Positions 38,774-48,935 of a stretch of DNA of 59,201 bases are shown piece by piece. Below the pieces are notes generated by a model. It saw nothing but the letters and a program-made list of their open reading frames with translations. It ran no database searches and was not told the DNA's origin. Position 1 is the stretch's first letter; the number at the start of each line of letters is the position of its first letter. Where the stretch lies: assembly GCA_018675975.1 (NCBI GenBank), contig JABGXB010000001.1, forward strand, positions 1 through 59,201. Reading direction: 5' to 3'. A program made the position numbers and the translations under genes. The DNA is from Candidatus Woesearchaeota archaeon. Its GTDB lineage: Archaea > Nanobdellota > Nanobdellia > Woesearchaeales > JABGXB01.

Positions 38774-39766
38774 ATGAATGATGCATATAAAAAAATATTA
38801 GAAAAACAGCAATATATGTTTAGTGGTAAACATACTGCAGTTAAAGTATGTGGTTGGACTAAAAAAGCATTAAAGGGTGAAGGTACTTGTTATAAACAAA
38901 GATTTTATGGTATACAATCTCATAAATGTGTACAAATGGCACCATCAATTAATTTTTGTAATTTTGATTGTACTTTTTGTTGGAGGGATAGATATAATGA
39001 GCCATATGAAAGTGTTGATGATCCTAAAGAAATAATTGATAAATCCATTGATGCACAATTAAAATTAATTAATGGTTTTGGTGGTAATGATAATGTTAAT
39101 AAAAAAGTTTTTGATGATGCGCAAGATGTTGCACATTTTGCAATTTCATTAACAGGGGAACCAACTTCTTATCCAAAAATAAGTAAATTCATTGAAAATT
39201 TAAATAAAAGAAAAATAAGTTCAATGATTGTTAGTAATGGTTCTTTTCCTAAAGTATTAAAAAAAATGGAAATGCCAACACAATTATATATTTCTTTAGA
39301 TGCACCTGATAAAAAAACTTTTATTGAAATTGATAGGCCAGATAAAGTTGATTCTTGGGAAGACTTAATGGAAACTATTGAATGGTTGCCTACAATTAGA
39401 GATAAAACAAGAATTGCATTAAGATTAACTTTATTGCGTAATTGTAATATGGATAATATTGAAAAATGGGCTGAATTATTAAATAAGGCAAATGTGCATT
39501 TTATTGAAGTTAAAGGTTATATGTTTGTTGGTGCAAGTCAATCCAGATTATCACATGATCATCAACCAAGTCATGAAGAATTAAAAGAGTTTTGTAAAGA
39601 ATTAGAAAAACATACTGATTATAAGATAGTTGATGAACAAAAAGTTAGTAGAGTTTTTTTAATGATGAAAGATTCTGATAAACATATGAGATTTTTAGAT
39701 GAGATATATAAAAATAGAAATGAATTAAAAAAAGAAAGAAGTGATGCAAAAATTAATTTTATTTAG
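38774..39766 (+). CDS. taw1: 4-demethylwyosine synthase (radical SAM, TYW1/Taw1)
   Basis: HTAVKVCGWTK, CYKQRFYGIQSHKC, CNFDCTFCWR, AISLTGEPT, IEVKGYMFVG. Confidence 0.95.
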   Translation: MNDAYKKILEKQQYMFSGKHTAVKVCGWTKKALKGEGTCYKQRFYGIQSHKCVQMAPSINFCNFDCTFCWRDRYNEPYESVDDPKEIIDKSIDAQLKLINGFGGNDNVNKKVFDDAQDVAHFAISLTGEPTSYPKISKFIENLNKRKISSMIVSNGSFPKVLKKMEMPTQLYISLDAPDKKTFIEIDRPDKVDSWEDLMETIEWLPTIRDKTRIALRLTLLRNCNMDNIEKWAELLNKANVHFIEVKGYMFVGASQSRLSHDHQPSHEELKEFCKELEKHTDYKIVDEQKVSRVFLMMKDSDKHMRFLDEIYKNRNELKKERSDAKINFI

Positions 39767-41129
39767 CTTTATATAAAGCAGCACCAACTCTTGCATTTAC
39801 TCTTTTTTCACTTGCTACATAAACTGTATCATTACTATTAAATTTTAACTGCTTTGTTATACTATTTGAACTTTCACCATTTTCATTAATAATAATAAAT
39901 ATTGGTTTTTTTATTAATTCTGGTCTATATTGAAAAGTACATTGATTTTCATCATTAATATAAAATAATTTTGGATTTTCTAAATTATTTTGAAATAAAA
40001 AGTCATCAAATGAATTATTATAATTAGGACTATTTGGATTTGTTTCAAAAGTACAATTAAATTCTTGACTCATAGTTTCTAATTTTGCTAACATTCCAAA
40101 ATAATCATTTAATTCTCCATTCAATGTAAATTGTGATATTTGTTTACTTTTACTTTGAATTTCTTTTTTTTTCATATGTGTTTTACTTTTTAATTTTTGT
40201 TGTAAATTTGTATCTCTAGATAAAAAATATGCTAATAATTGTGTATGGCTATTATTTAATATTTGTCTAAATGAAAAAGAGTCTATTGTTTTTAACTCAG
40301 GTTGAGATTCTTGAGTAATATTATATTGATAATTTAAAGAATTAGTTTTTTTTTTACCTTCAAGTGTATATTCTTTTTCATAACTCATTGAATTTACTAA
40401 TTCATGATCTGTCAATTCCTTTTTTGAAAATATTGTTTTTGGATTTTTTTTTTTCCAGCTTAAATGATTTAATACACCAAATTCTAAACTATGTATAAGT
40501 TTAATTAAAGAATGAGTATCTGTTTGTTCTAATCTTTGTATACGAAAATCATGTGAAGTATATATACCAAATTTTTTATTTCTGTGTTTTCCTTTAGTTC
40601 CATTAGTAATTAAATAATATTTTTTTTCACCATTTTTTAAAAATTCATTTAATCTTAATTTTACATTAAATTCATGATTTTGACCTAAACGTCCAATTCT
40701 ATATATACTAGATTTTTTTAAACCATTCAAATATTGATCTATTAATTTTTTTGAAATGAATTCTTTTTTTTCAACTTCAAATTCTGTTTGATCTTCATTT
40801 AAACTAATTAAAGAATTAAATTGTGTTTTTAAATTTTGATAATCTTTTGTTTTTGTTCTTAATTCATGATTTAATGTTTGAATTTTTTGTTCTAAATTTA
40901 AAATTTGTTTATGATTTTCTTTTTGTAAAACTTGTCTTTGAACTGGTATATTTTTTTTTTTTGGTTCTTTTGATTCTTTTGGTTTTTGAGTTTGATATGT
41001 TTTTGTTTTACTATTTTGTTTTTCAAACATTTTTTTAATTTTATCACTATGATTTGAATTAAAACATCCTGTGAAAAACAATGTTCCAAATAATAATCCT
41101 GTGCTTAGTAATTGTTTACTTTTTAACAT
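39759..41129 (-). CDS. Hypothetical secreted protein with lipobox-like signal
   Basis: MLKSKQLLSTGLLFGTLFFTG|C, then a basic linker and coiled coil. Confidence 0.7.
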   Translation of the reverse strand: MLKSKQLLSTGLLFGTLFFTGCFNSNHSDKIKKMFEKQNSKTKTYQTQKPKESKEPKKKNIPVQRQVLQKENHKQILNLEQKIQTLNHELRTKTKDYQNLKTQFNSLISLNEDQTEFEVEKKEFISKKLIDQYLNGLKKSSIYRIGRLGQNHEFNVKLRLNEFLKNGEKKYYLITNGTKGKHRNKKFGIYTSHDFRIQRLEQTDTHSLIKLIHSLEFGVLNHLSWKKKNPKTIFSKKELTDHELVNSMSYEKEYTLEGKKKTNSLNYQYNITQESQPELKTIDSFSFRQILNNSHTQLLAYFLSRDTNLQQKLKSKTHMKKKEIQSKSKQISQFTLNGELNDYFGMLAKLETMSQEFNCTFETNPNSPNYNNSFDDFLFQNNLENPKLFYINDENQCTFQYRPELIKKPIFIIINENGESSNSITKQLKFNSNDTVYVASEKRVNARVGAALYKAK

Positions 41130-41235
41130 GTAAGTTACTATTAATTTTTATTTATAAAGTTTACTTTTGTATTTACTGTTCAGTGGTGTTGGAATTTATG
41201 GTTTTATTTTTAAATAAATTAAAAAATCATATAAT

Positions 41236-41964
41236 ATGAAAATTAATATTATTTTAATTGAACCTGAAAATTCTGGTAATTTGGGGGCTATTTGTCGAAT
41301 AATGTCCAATTTTGCCTTAGAACATTTATTTGTAGTTAATCCGAAATGTGAAATTAATGATATTGAGGCAATAAAACGATCTAAGCATGCAAAATACATA
41401 TTGGATAATATAAAAACAATTGATTTTAATGAAATCAAAAAAAATGATTTACTTATTGGAACTACTGCAATGACTGGTTCTCAAAATAATATAATTCGTG
41501 CTCCAATATTAATTAATGAATTTGTTAAAAAATTAGAAGAAGTAAATGATAATAATTATTCTGTAGGTATTGTATTTGGTCGTGAAGGTGAAGGCTTACA
41601 TAATGATGAATTAGAATTGATGGATTATACAATTACGATTCCATCAAACCGAGAATATAAAACACTAAATATATCACATAGTGTTGCAATTATTTGTTAT
41701 GAATTATTTAAGGTATTTGGAAAAAATAATTTAGATTATAATATTAAAGGAATTGAATATATGGATAGAATTCAAAAAGAACATTTATTAAAAAAATTTG
41801 AATTCATATTAAATGAATGTAAAGAAAGTGATAGTCCAGAAAGTCAAATTATTGAACAAAACAAATTAAAAATATTTAAAAAAATAATTAATAAAAGTAA
41901 TTTGACAAAAAAAGAAGGATATTCATTATTTGGAATTTTAAAATCAATAGAAAAAAAATTATAA
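41236..41964 (+). CDS. trmJ: TrmJ/TrmH-family SPOUT RNA methyltransferase
   Basis: EPENSGNLGAICRIMSNF, VFGREGEGL, TIPSNREYKTLNISHSVAIICYE. Confidence 0.9.
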   Translation: MKINIILIEPENSGNLGAICRIMSNFALEHLFVVNPKCEINDIEAIKRSKHAKYILDNIKTIDFNEIKKNDLLIGTTAMTGSQNNIIRAPILINEFVKKLEEVNDNNYSVGIVFGREGEGLHNDELELMDYTITIPSNREYKTLNISHSVAIICYELFKVFGKNNLDYNIKGIEYMDRIQKEHLLKKFEFILNECKESDSPESQIIEQNKLKIFKKIINKSNLTKKEGYSLFGILKSIEKKL

Positions 41965-42648
41965 TTTTTTAATTTTTATAAACTCAGGAAATAAGTCTTG
42001 TAGAAATTCAATATATCTTTTATGAGATACTCCAAATTCTATTTCATTTCTGATAAAGTTTTCATATTTGTTCTTTATTTTTTTAATTATTTTTTCTATT
42101 TGTGTCTTTAAATTTATATCAAATACAATTTCATTTCTAGAAAAGATAATTAATGGATTTAAACTTATTTTCATCGGATCTACATGAAAATAATCACTTT
42201 CAGATGCTAAGTTGTATTTGGGATTTTTATAATTTTCAATATTTCCTTTTACAAAATAATCTAATTGATCAATATCTATTTCTTTTTTATTTTTAATGTC
42301 TGTTAAACTAAATTCAGCTAATAACTGATTTATAATTTGATTAAAATTTATTTGTTTTACTGATATTATATCCTTAGCTATGAGTTTAGCTTTTTTGCTA
42401 TTAATATTTTCATAAATTTCTATTCTTTTAGATCCAAATATAAATTCAGATTTTTTGCATAATTGTTTAATAATTTCTATTTGAATAAATTTATTAATTC
42501 TAGATTGAATGATTCCAGATTGATTAATATTGTAACTTTTAAATTTATTTCTATTTTCAGATTCATATATTTCTCTAAATTCCAATTCTTCAAAATTAAT
42601 ATTATAATGCTTTTTAATATTTTTTATAATAGAATTATATTTTTTCAT
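41959..42648 (-). CDS. Hypothetical protein, paralog of 42663-43343
   Basis: Shared ISLNPxIIF...F(D)xxLK...GVxHxxYIEFL...FP. Confidence 0.75.
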   Translation of the reverse strand: MKKYNSIIKNIKKHYNINFEELEFREIYESENRNKFKSYNINQSGIIQSRINKFIQIEIIKQLCKKSEFIFGSKRIEIYENINSKKAKLIAKDIISVKQINFNQIINQLLAEFSLTDIKNKKEIDIDQLDYFVKGNIENYKNPKYNLASESDYFHVDPMKISLNPLIIFSRNEIVFDINLKTQIEKIIKKIKNKYENFIRNEIEFGVSHKRYIEFLQDLFPEFIKIKKL

Positions 42649-42662
42649 ACTGAATTAACCTT

Positions 42663-43343
42663 TTATTTACATTCAATTGATCTTACTTTGATTTTTCCTG
42701 GGAATATATTTAATAAAAATTCTATATATTTTTCATGAGGTACGCCTTGTTCAGTTTCTTTTTTTAAAAATAATTCAAACTTTTGATTTAAATCTTTAAT
42801 TATTGCTTCAATTTCATTTTTTAATTTATTATCAAATATAATTTTATTATTATAAAAAATAATAAATGGATTTAAGCTTATAATTAATTGATTTTCAAAT
42901 GTGTCACTTTCAATATATTTTTCAATTTTTTCTTTATTATAATATTCTAAATCAAAATTTTCTATTTCAGGCTCTTGTATTAATTGTGAAAAACCAAAAT
43001 TTGATATAAAATTTTCAAATATTTCATTTTTTGTAAATTTAGTTTTTGATATAACATTTTTTGCAATAGTTTTTCTTTTTGTTATATCTTCATATACTTC
43101 GAATTCGTCATATAATCTATTAATTTCTTCAAAAGCAAAAATAAATTTTGAATCATTACAATATAATTCTATTATTTTCATAAAAATCATAATATTTAAT
43201 CTTTGATTAATTACAAATTTTTGAAATTCAGTATATTTGCTTAAATCAAAAATTTCTAATGATTTAATATTTTCAAAATTAACATAATGTACTGGTTTAA
43301 GATTTTTTAATATATCTTCAATAAATTCATATTTTATTTTCAT
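42663..43343 (-). CDS. Hypothetical protein, paralog of 41959-42648
   Basis: Same C-terminal motif block and similar length. Confidence 0.75.
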   Translation of the reverse strand: MKIKYEFIEDILKNLKPVHYVNFENIKSLEIFDLSKYTEFQKFVINQRLNIMIFMKIIELYCNDSKFIFAFEEINRLYDEFEVYEDITKRKTIAKNVISKTKFTKNEIFENFISNFGFSQLIQEPEIENFDLEYYNKEKIEKYIESDTFENQLIISLNPFIIFYNNKIIFDNKLKNEIEAIIKDLNQKFELFLKKETEQGVPHEKYIEFLLNIFPGKIKVRSIECK

Positions 43344-43386
43344 ATATATAGAATAATTTGAAAATTTAAAAGTTTATTGTAAATTA

Positions 43387-44298
43387 TTAGAATTTGTTGT
43401 GTAATGTTGTGACTATCGGTTTATCTTTTACAATTACAGAATGTTCATGTTGACTTACCATACCTTCACTTTTTTCAACTAATGGTCCGTGTGAAATTAT
43501 TGTTTTTGCTAATTGAAATTCTCTTATTGCTAAATTAACTTTTCCAAGCCCATGTTTTTCGTCTAACCATCTTCTTGAAAATGGTAAACCATTAAATTTT
43601 GTCATACTTGTTTGTACTTCTTTTACAAATGCACTTCTTGTTGATTTTGTTTTTAATAATGAAAATATTCCTGATGGTTGAATTTCTCTTATACTACCAT
43701 TTCCATCAGTTGCAAATGGTTCAATAGCAATTGCCATATTTTCTTCTAATTTTGCATTTGATCCTGTTTGATAATTTGGTATTGTGGGATAAGTATGTAC
43801 TTTAAATTGAGCTAAACCATGTCCACTCAAATTTGTAATTGGATTATATCCATGTGATTTTATTGCATCTTGAATTTCTTTTCCTATGTCTGAAATTAAT
43901 GTACCTGGTCCAATTATTTTAATTGCTGCATGTACTGCATCTCTTGTTGCTTGAACTAATTCAGTATAATTTTTTGTTAAGTCTACAGTCATTGCATTGT
44001 CGCCAACATAACCATCAACTGCAACACCAACGTCTAATTTAATTACATCTTCATCTGTAAATTCTCTTTGATCTTCATGCATAGGAATATCGTGAGCTGC
44101 AATTTCATTTCTTCCTATGGTAACTGGGAAGGCTGGGATTGCATCGTGCTTTTTAATTTCTTCATCTACAAATTTTGCAATTTCTAAATATTTAACTCCA
44201 GGTTTTATTAATTTTGAAGCTTTATGTAAAACTGTATTTGCAATAAAACCCGCTTTTTTATATTTTTCAATTTGGTCTTCAGATAATTGATAAATCAT
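43387..44298 (-). CDS. map: Methionine aminopeptidase type II
   Basis: AFPV, AAHD, KLDVGVAVDGYVGDNA, NLSGHGL, AIEPFAT, SQHEHSV; ATG 44298 fits the TATA position better than GTG 44319. Confidence 0.95.
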   Translation of the reverse strand: MIYQLSEDQIEKYKKAGFIANTVLHKASKLIKPGVKYLEIAKFVDEEIKKHDAIPAFPVTIGRNEIAAHDIPMHEDQREFTDEDVIKLDVGVAVDGYVGDNAMTVDLTKNYTELVQATRDAVHAAIKIIGPGTLISDIGKEIQDAIKSHGYNPITNLSGHGLAQFKVHTYPTIPNYQTGSNAKLEENMAIAIEPFATDGNGSIREIQPSGIFSLLKTKSTRSAFVKEVQTSMTKFNGLPFSRRWLDEKHGLGKVNLAIREFQLAKTIISHGPLVEKSEGMVSQHEHSVIVKDKPIVTTLHNKF

Positions 44299-44370
44299 AT
44301 ATTCTGTATTTTTAATCACTTTATAAGAATTATGTGAAATATTTATATATTCTTATTTTTACTATATTAT

Positions 44371-45231
44371 ATGGAATTTAAAGTGTTATTTTCTTCAGAT
44401 TTACATGGAAATTTGTCACAGTATAAAAAATTGTTTTCACATGCTTTAAAAAATGATATTAATGCGATTATAATAGGTGGAGATATTGCTCCTAAGAATT
44501 TAAAATCGAGAACTATAGAAGGACAAAAATTATTTTTTAAAAATGAGTTATTTCCTTTAATAAAAAATTTTAATTCAAAAAATAAAAATTGTCTAATATA
44601 TTTAATGATGGGAAATGATGATTTTAAATCAAATAAAATATTATTAAAAGAATATGAAAATTTAAATTATTTTAAATTAATTGATGATTCTGTTTTTGAA
44701 TTATATAATGGAATTAAAATTTTAGGATATGTATATGTTCCATTAACTCCATTTATATATAAAGATTGGGAGAAGTTTGATTTAAATGATAAAGATGAAT
44801 ATTTTAATAGAACTAATTTTATTATGGAAGGTATAAGGAGTAAAAATGATAAAATATTGAAATTTAAATTTGATTTAAATGATAGACGCGATACGATTGA
44901 AAATGATTTAAATAATTTGACTAAGGATTTAGATATTTCAAAATTAGTTTTAGTTACCCATTCTCCTCCTTATGATACAAATTTAGATTTAATATTTTCA
45001 GGAGAACACGTAGGTAGTTTGGCTGTTAAACAATTTATTGAAAAACAACAACCTTTGATGACTTTACATGGACATATTCATGAAACTGTAGATAAATCAG
45101 GTGATTTTAAAGAAATTATTGGAAAAACTATTTCTGTATGTTCTGGAAATGATCATATAGGTTTAGATTTAGCTATAATAGAATTTAATTTGAATGATAT
45201 AAAAAATAGTTTAAATAGAAAAATAATTTAG
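44371..45231 (+). CDS. Calcineurin-like (Icc-related) metallophosphoesterase
   Basis: SDLHG, GGD, GNDD, THSPP, LHGHIHE. Confidence 0.92.
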   Translation: MEFKVLFSSDLHGNLSQYKKLFSHALKNDINAIIIGGDIAPKNLKSRTIEGQKLFFKNELFPLIKNFNSKNKNCLIYLMMGNDDFKSNKILLKEYENLNYFKLIDDSVFELYNGIKILGYVYVPLTPFIYKDWEKFDLNDKDEYFNRTNFIMEGIRSKNDKILKFKFDLNDRRDTIENDLNNLTKDLDISKLVLVTHSPPYDTNLDLIFSGEHVGSLAVKQFIEKQQPLMTLHGHIHETVDKSGDFKEIIGKTISVCSGNDHIGLDLAIIEFNLNDIKNSLNRKII

Positions 45232-45989
45232 CTTTTTCTCTCTAAGTAAAATTTTGTTTTATCTTTTATAGATTGAATAACTTCTGGAGTCATATTTTCT
45301 TTTCTATGTAATGCATTTAATATATTAATTTGATTTAAATCAACTTTTCCTAAAAAGTATAAAGATTCATTTTTAAGAAATAATGTCATTTTTTCCCATA
45401 ATGTTTCAATTTGATTTGTTACATATTTTTGATCTTCATATAATATTTGTGGATTACTTAATAATTTGTCTCTGTGTATTCCAATATACATTTTTTCTTC
45501 AAGGCAAAATGAAATTGGTAATACTTTTGTTGACTCTTTACTCATTCCTTTTATTGGTTTTGATCTTGTATTAAAGGAATAAGTTTCTCCGTGAAAATTA
45601 TGAAGTATATATTGACTATCTTTAGGTGTTGTTCTAAATGCTTTTAAATTAACTCTTAGTGCTATTGGAATTATATCAAATATGCTTTTTGAGAGAAAAT
45701 GAATACTTACATCAATATTATTTTTATTAGTTTTGTATAGATATGCATCTAAATGCATTAATCCAATTTTTTCAATTTTATTTTTTTCAATTCCTAAATG
45801 TGGTAAAAATTTTCTAATATCTTCAGATATAACTAATAAATCTAAATCGGATTTGGGATTAACTAAATGATTGGGTGAATATGCAACTGAACCTGTAAGT
45901 ATAATTCCCTTAGATAATGGTTTATAATATTCACAAATTTCATTTGCAAGTTCTATTCTTTTATTAGTCTCTAAAATTGCTTCATTCAT
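45228..45989 (-). CDS. Pol-beta superfamily nucleotidyltransferase-domain protein
   Basis: GIILTGSVAY...SDLDLLVI, downstream DVSIHF. Confidence 0.75.
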   Translation of the reverse strand: MNEAILETNKRIELANEICEYYKPLSKGIILTGSVAYSPNHLVNPKSDLDLLVISEDIRKFLPHLGIEKNKIEKIGLMHLDAYLYKTNKNNIDVSIHFLSKSIFDIIPIALRVNLKAFRTTPKDSQYILHNFHGETYSFNTRSKPIKGMSKESTKVLPISFCLEEKMYIGIHRDKLLSNPQILYEDQKYVTNQIETLWEKMTLFLKNESLYFLGKVDLNQINILNALHRKENMTPEVIQSIKDKTKFYLERKS

Positions 45990-46084
45990 GGGGCTCTGAC
46001 AAAATTTTTATTTATAAACATAACTATCTATGAATATTTTGTAAATATCACAATATTTTTAAATAACGCTTGAACGTGATTATC

Positions 46085-46255
46085 ATGTTTTTTAATGGAA
46101 TAAAAAAAAGTTTTAAAAAAGTAAAAAAGGATATTGAGAATTTAACTAATTCATTAAATAGTTGGACTTCTTATATTAATGGTAAGATTGAAAAATTAGA
46201 AGCTGAAAATAAATACTTAGAAAAAAGAATTAGTTTAATTGAAAATAAATTATGA
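46085..46255 (+). CDS. Small coiled-coil protein (56 aa)
   Basis: ATG 46085 with TATA-like TTTAAATA upstream; heptad pattern; apparent source of the downstream repeats. Confidence 0.6.
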   Translation: MFFNGIKKSFKKVKKDIENLTNSLNSWTSYINGKIEKLEAENKYLEKRISLIENKL

Positions 46256-46310
46256 ATTTGTTCTAATATTTCTATAAAAAAAACATTAAAACTAGAATGA
46301 AATAATTACT

Positions 46311-47084
46311 ATGGCAGATAAAAATACAATTATTATTGGAAGTGGAATTGGTGGTGGAAGAAATATATTAGCAGCGCTTATTGAAAATGGATATAATGCT
46401 ATACTTGTACGTTCCATGTGGCCAAGGGATAATTTTGTTTATCATATGAATAAATATGTTAAAGGTGTCAGAGGATTAGCTCCTGCTTCATTAACTACAA
46501 ATCCTTTTGGTGAAGGAGGAAAAATTCTTACTGGAGATGATTATTTATTAATCACAAATTTTGCATATGGTCAAAATGGAATACAATTAAACATTGAAAA
46601 ACCAACTTCATATCAAAAAAAAGAAATTTTAATAGAAGCTGGTAAAAAACATTTTCCAAATTCAAGAATTCATGTTTTACCAAGTAGTGATCAGTTGGGT
46701 AGTTCAAATAGTCATATTGATATGTATGCATCATTGATACCTTCTAAAAAATTATTACTTGTTGATACACGTTTTGGATCCCAAAGTAATTATAATGATT
46801 TTGAAGAGATTGCTGAAAAAGAAAGTTTAAAATTTATTAAATTTGATGGCTCACAAGATAAAGTTTGGAATTCATTAAATATATTAGTTTTAGAAGATAC
46901 AGTTGTATTGGATAATAAATCAATATCTTTGATTAAATTATTAGAAGATGAAGGTGTTAAAACTATTGGTGTAGAAATGCCACAACATTCTTATCCATCA
47001 GGTAAAATAAGATGCCAAACAAATGTATACTCTGAAAATAGTGATATATTATTAGATGAATTACTTGGGTTAAATTATTTTTAG
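46311..47084 (+). CDS. Pentein (amidinotransferase/deiminase) superfamily protein
   Basis: WPRD, GEGG, SHIDMY, C-terminal GKIRCQTN catalytic Cys motif. Confidence 0.72.
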   Translation: MADKNTIIIGSGIGGGRNILAALIENGYNAILVRSMWPRDNFVYHMNKYVKGVRGLAPASLTTNPFGEGGKILTGDDYLLITNFAYGQNGIQLNIEKPTSYQKKEILIEAGKKHFPNSRIHVLPSSDQLGSSNSHIDMYASLIPSKKLLLVDTRFGSQSNYNDFEEIAEKESLKFIKFDGSQDKVWNSLNILVLEDTVVLDNKSISLIKLLEDEGVKTIGVEMPQHSYPSGKIRCQTNVYSENSDILLDELLGLNYF

Positions 47085-47114
47085 TTTGTTATAATTTAGA
47101 GTAAGACAAATTTA

Positions 47115-47690
47115 TTAGAATATTTTTTTCATTCCTAATTTATTTAATAAGGATTCTGCGTTTCTAGATGAAAAATAATCATATACATATTCAAATGTCC
47201 AAATAGTTAAAATTGGATGAATATCCCATGAATACAAAGAATAACCAAGAGCAATTATATACCAATATAATTTAAAATCAATAAAAATTAATTTCATTAT
47301 TCCTCGAATATTTTGATTTTTGTATTGAAAGTAATCGTGAATTAATCCTGTTATAGTAAATAAAGATGCAAAATAAACAAAAGAAATTAAATTAGTCCAT
47401 ATACTATAATTTGTATAAAGCATTGTAATAAACCAAATTGCAGCAGCAATTCCATGATTCAAATAATCTAATCTATACCTAACAATAAAACAGAATAATA
47501 CAGAAATCCAGATGGTTGCAAGAATTTGATTTATAGTAATCAAATATGCTCCAGAGATTCCCCAAAATAAACCAAACAATAAATCGGAATATTTGAACCA
47601 TCTAAAATTATGTTCATCTAATAAATCTGCAATTTTCATACTTGCTCCTAAGAAAGCAGATACTAAAATTACGATAATATATTCAATCAT
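47115..47690 (-). CDS. Multi-pass membrane protein
   Basis: Several TM segments; KIADLLDEH, LDYLNHG. Confidence 0.72.
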   Translation of the reverse strand: MIEYIIVILVSAFLGASMKIADLLDEHNFRWFKYSDLLFGLFWGISGAYLITINQILATIWISVLFCFIVRYRLDYLNHGIAAAIWFITMLYTNYSIWTNLISFVYFASLFTITGLIHDYFQYKNQNIRGIMKLIFIDFKLYWYIIALGYSLYSWDIHPILTIWTFEYVYDYFSSRNAESLLNKLGMKKIF

Positions 47691-47722
47691 ATATAAAATA
47701 AATTTAAAATAATATATAATTT

Positions 47723-47775
47723 TTTTGTTTTATTTAAAAAAAGTAAAAAAGAATTAGTTTAATTGAAAAGAAATT
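47723..47775 (+). repeat. ~50-bp direct repeat, copy 1
   Basis: TTTTGTTTTATTTAAAAAAAGTAAAAAAGAATTAGTTTAATTGAAAAGAAA; identical to 48936-48985 except for one A. Confidence 0.85.
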
Positions 47776-47862
47776 GTAAATTACTAGAATAAAATAAATT
47801 CCTTATAAGCCTTAAAAGGATCTCTAGAAATATTAATAAGTCTTATCTTCGTTTTATAATTA

Positions 47863-48297
47863 ATGAAAGAACCTATTGAAATTAGAGCACATCATATTCT
47901 ATGTATGCCAAGATTTTATCGTGGAGGTTACAATACAAATTTTGCTATTAATATGAAAAATACTTGCCAACATATTAGAAACAATCCAAACACAAAAATA
48001 AAAGTTATTGTTGCAGAATTAGATGTATTGTGTCTTCAATGTCCTCATAAATCTAATAATAAATGTGTTCAATCAAAAAAAATTGGAAAATGGGTTGAAG
48101 AGCAAGATAGAAAAGTAGCAAACTTTTTAGATTTGAAAGCAAACTCAATTCACACTGCTAAAGATATTTTTAATTTAGGAATGAATAAAGTTAATTCAAA
48201 AACTATGGAACAAGTTTGCCAAGATTGTATATTTTTAAAAAATTGTATGGAAGTAGGTGTTAATAATTCGTTCAAAAAAGATTTGAATAAAAATTAA
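47863..48297 (+). CDS. DUF1284-family Cys/His metal-binding protein
   Basis: IRAHHILC, GY, DVLCLQCP, CQDCIFLKNC. Confidence 0.85.
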   Translation: MKEPIEIRAHHILCMPRFYRGGYNTNFAINMKNTCQHIRNNPNTKIKVIVAELDVLCLQCPHKSNNKCVQSKKIGKWVEEQDRKVANFLDLKANSIHTAKDIFNLGMNKVNSKTMEQVCQDCIFLKNCMEVGVNNSFKKDLNKN

Positions 48298-48632
48298 TAT
48301 TTAAATCTTCGTTCATAATCTTTATGGGACATCCATTCAAGAACAATTGATAATACACAAACTTTATCGTTTGCAACAGTATAAATTAGTCTCCATGCAT
48401 TTGGTAAATTATATTTCCACAAATTATCAGGATCATGTTTAGCAGTATAAGATTTAGGAAATAGTTTTTTTGGAATTTGTATTCCACAAAATGCATTTTC
48501 TTCCAAATCTTCAAATGCACGAATTATCCATTGATATAATTTTTTATCTTCAGTTTTAGAATTTTTTAATTTTTCAAGAGCTTTCTGTATTTTTTCATCA
48601 GCAAAAACAATTTTAGATTTCACTTTTTCCAC
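48294..48632 (-). CDS. RelE/ParE-fold putative toxin
   Basis: LEENAFCGIQI, NLWKYNLPNAWRLIYTV, WMSHKDYER; overlaps the upstream small gene by 13 bp. Confidence 0.7.
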   Translation of the reverse strand: MEKVKSKIVFADEKIQKALEKLKNSKTEDKKLYQWIIRAFEDLEENAFCGIQIPKKLFPKSYTAKHDPDNLWKYNLPNAWRLIYTVANDKVCVLSIVLEWMSHKDYERRFKY

Positions 48633-48904
48633 ATAAGATTTGGTTTTGATAAATATTTTTCAACTAATTTAGGATTCCAAATCCAAGCGATTTTATTTTC
48701 ACTATCACGAGCAATTTTTTTAGACTCAATCAAGTAATTAAAAATAATACAAAATGTCTGATACATTACTCCTCTTGGTAATGACTCCCAAATTTTCTTT
48801 TTTTTAAATTCTCCTGAATGATCTTTAATAAAATCTTCAACCATAAGAACCGTATCAAGTTTAGGAAAATGTATTACAGATTTAGTATATAATGTTGAAA
48901 CCAT
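48620..48904 (-). CDS. Putative winged-helix antitoxin
   Basis: 94 aa, first gene of an overlapping two-gene operon with an operator-like palindrome. Confidence 0.6.
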   Translation of the reverse strand: MVSTLYTKSVIHFPKLDTVLMVEDFIKDHSGEFKKKKIWESLPRGVMYQTFCIIFNYLIESKKIARDSENKIAWIWNPKLVEKYLSKPNLMWKK

Positions 48905-48928
48905 AGTTATATAAGTTCATATAACTAT
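48903..48928. promoter_or_regulatory. Perfect 10-bp inverted repeat, putative TA operator
   Basis: ATAGTTATAT-aagttc-ATATAACTAT between the TATA box and the start codon of 48904. Confidence 0.7.
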
Positions 48929-48935
48929 TTAAACC

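Noticed and set aside
40951..40962. 12-nt T homopolymer as a phase-variation tract
   Set aside because: It encodes a Lys run in an intact frame, and long A/T runs are common in this genome.
44371..45989. Metallophosphoesterase plus nucleotidyltransferase as a CBASS-like or MNT-HEPN system
   Set aside because: The genes are convergent, and no HEPN, effector or CD-NTase-specific features were recognisable.
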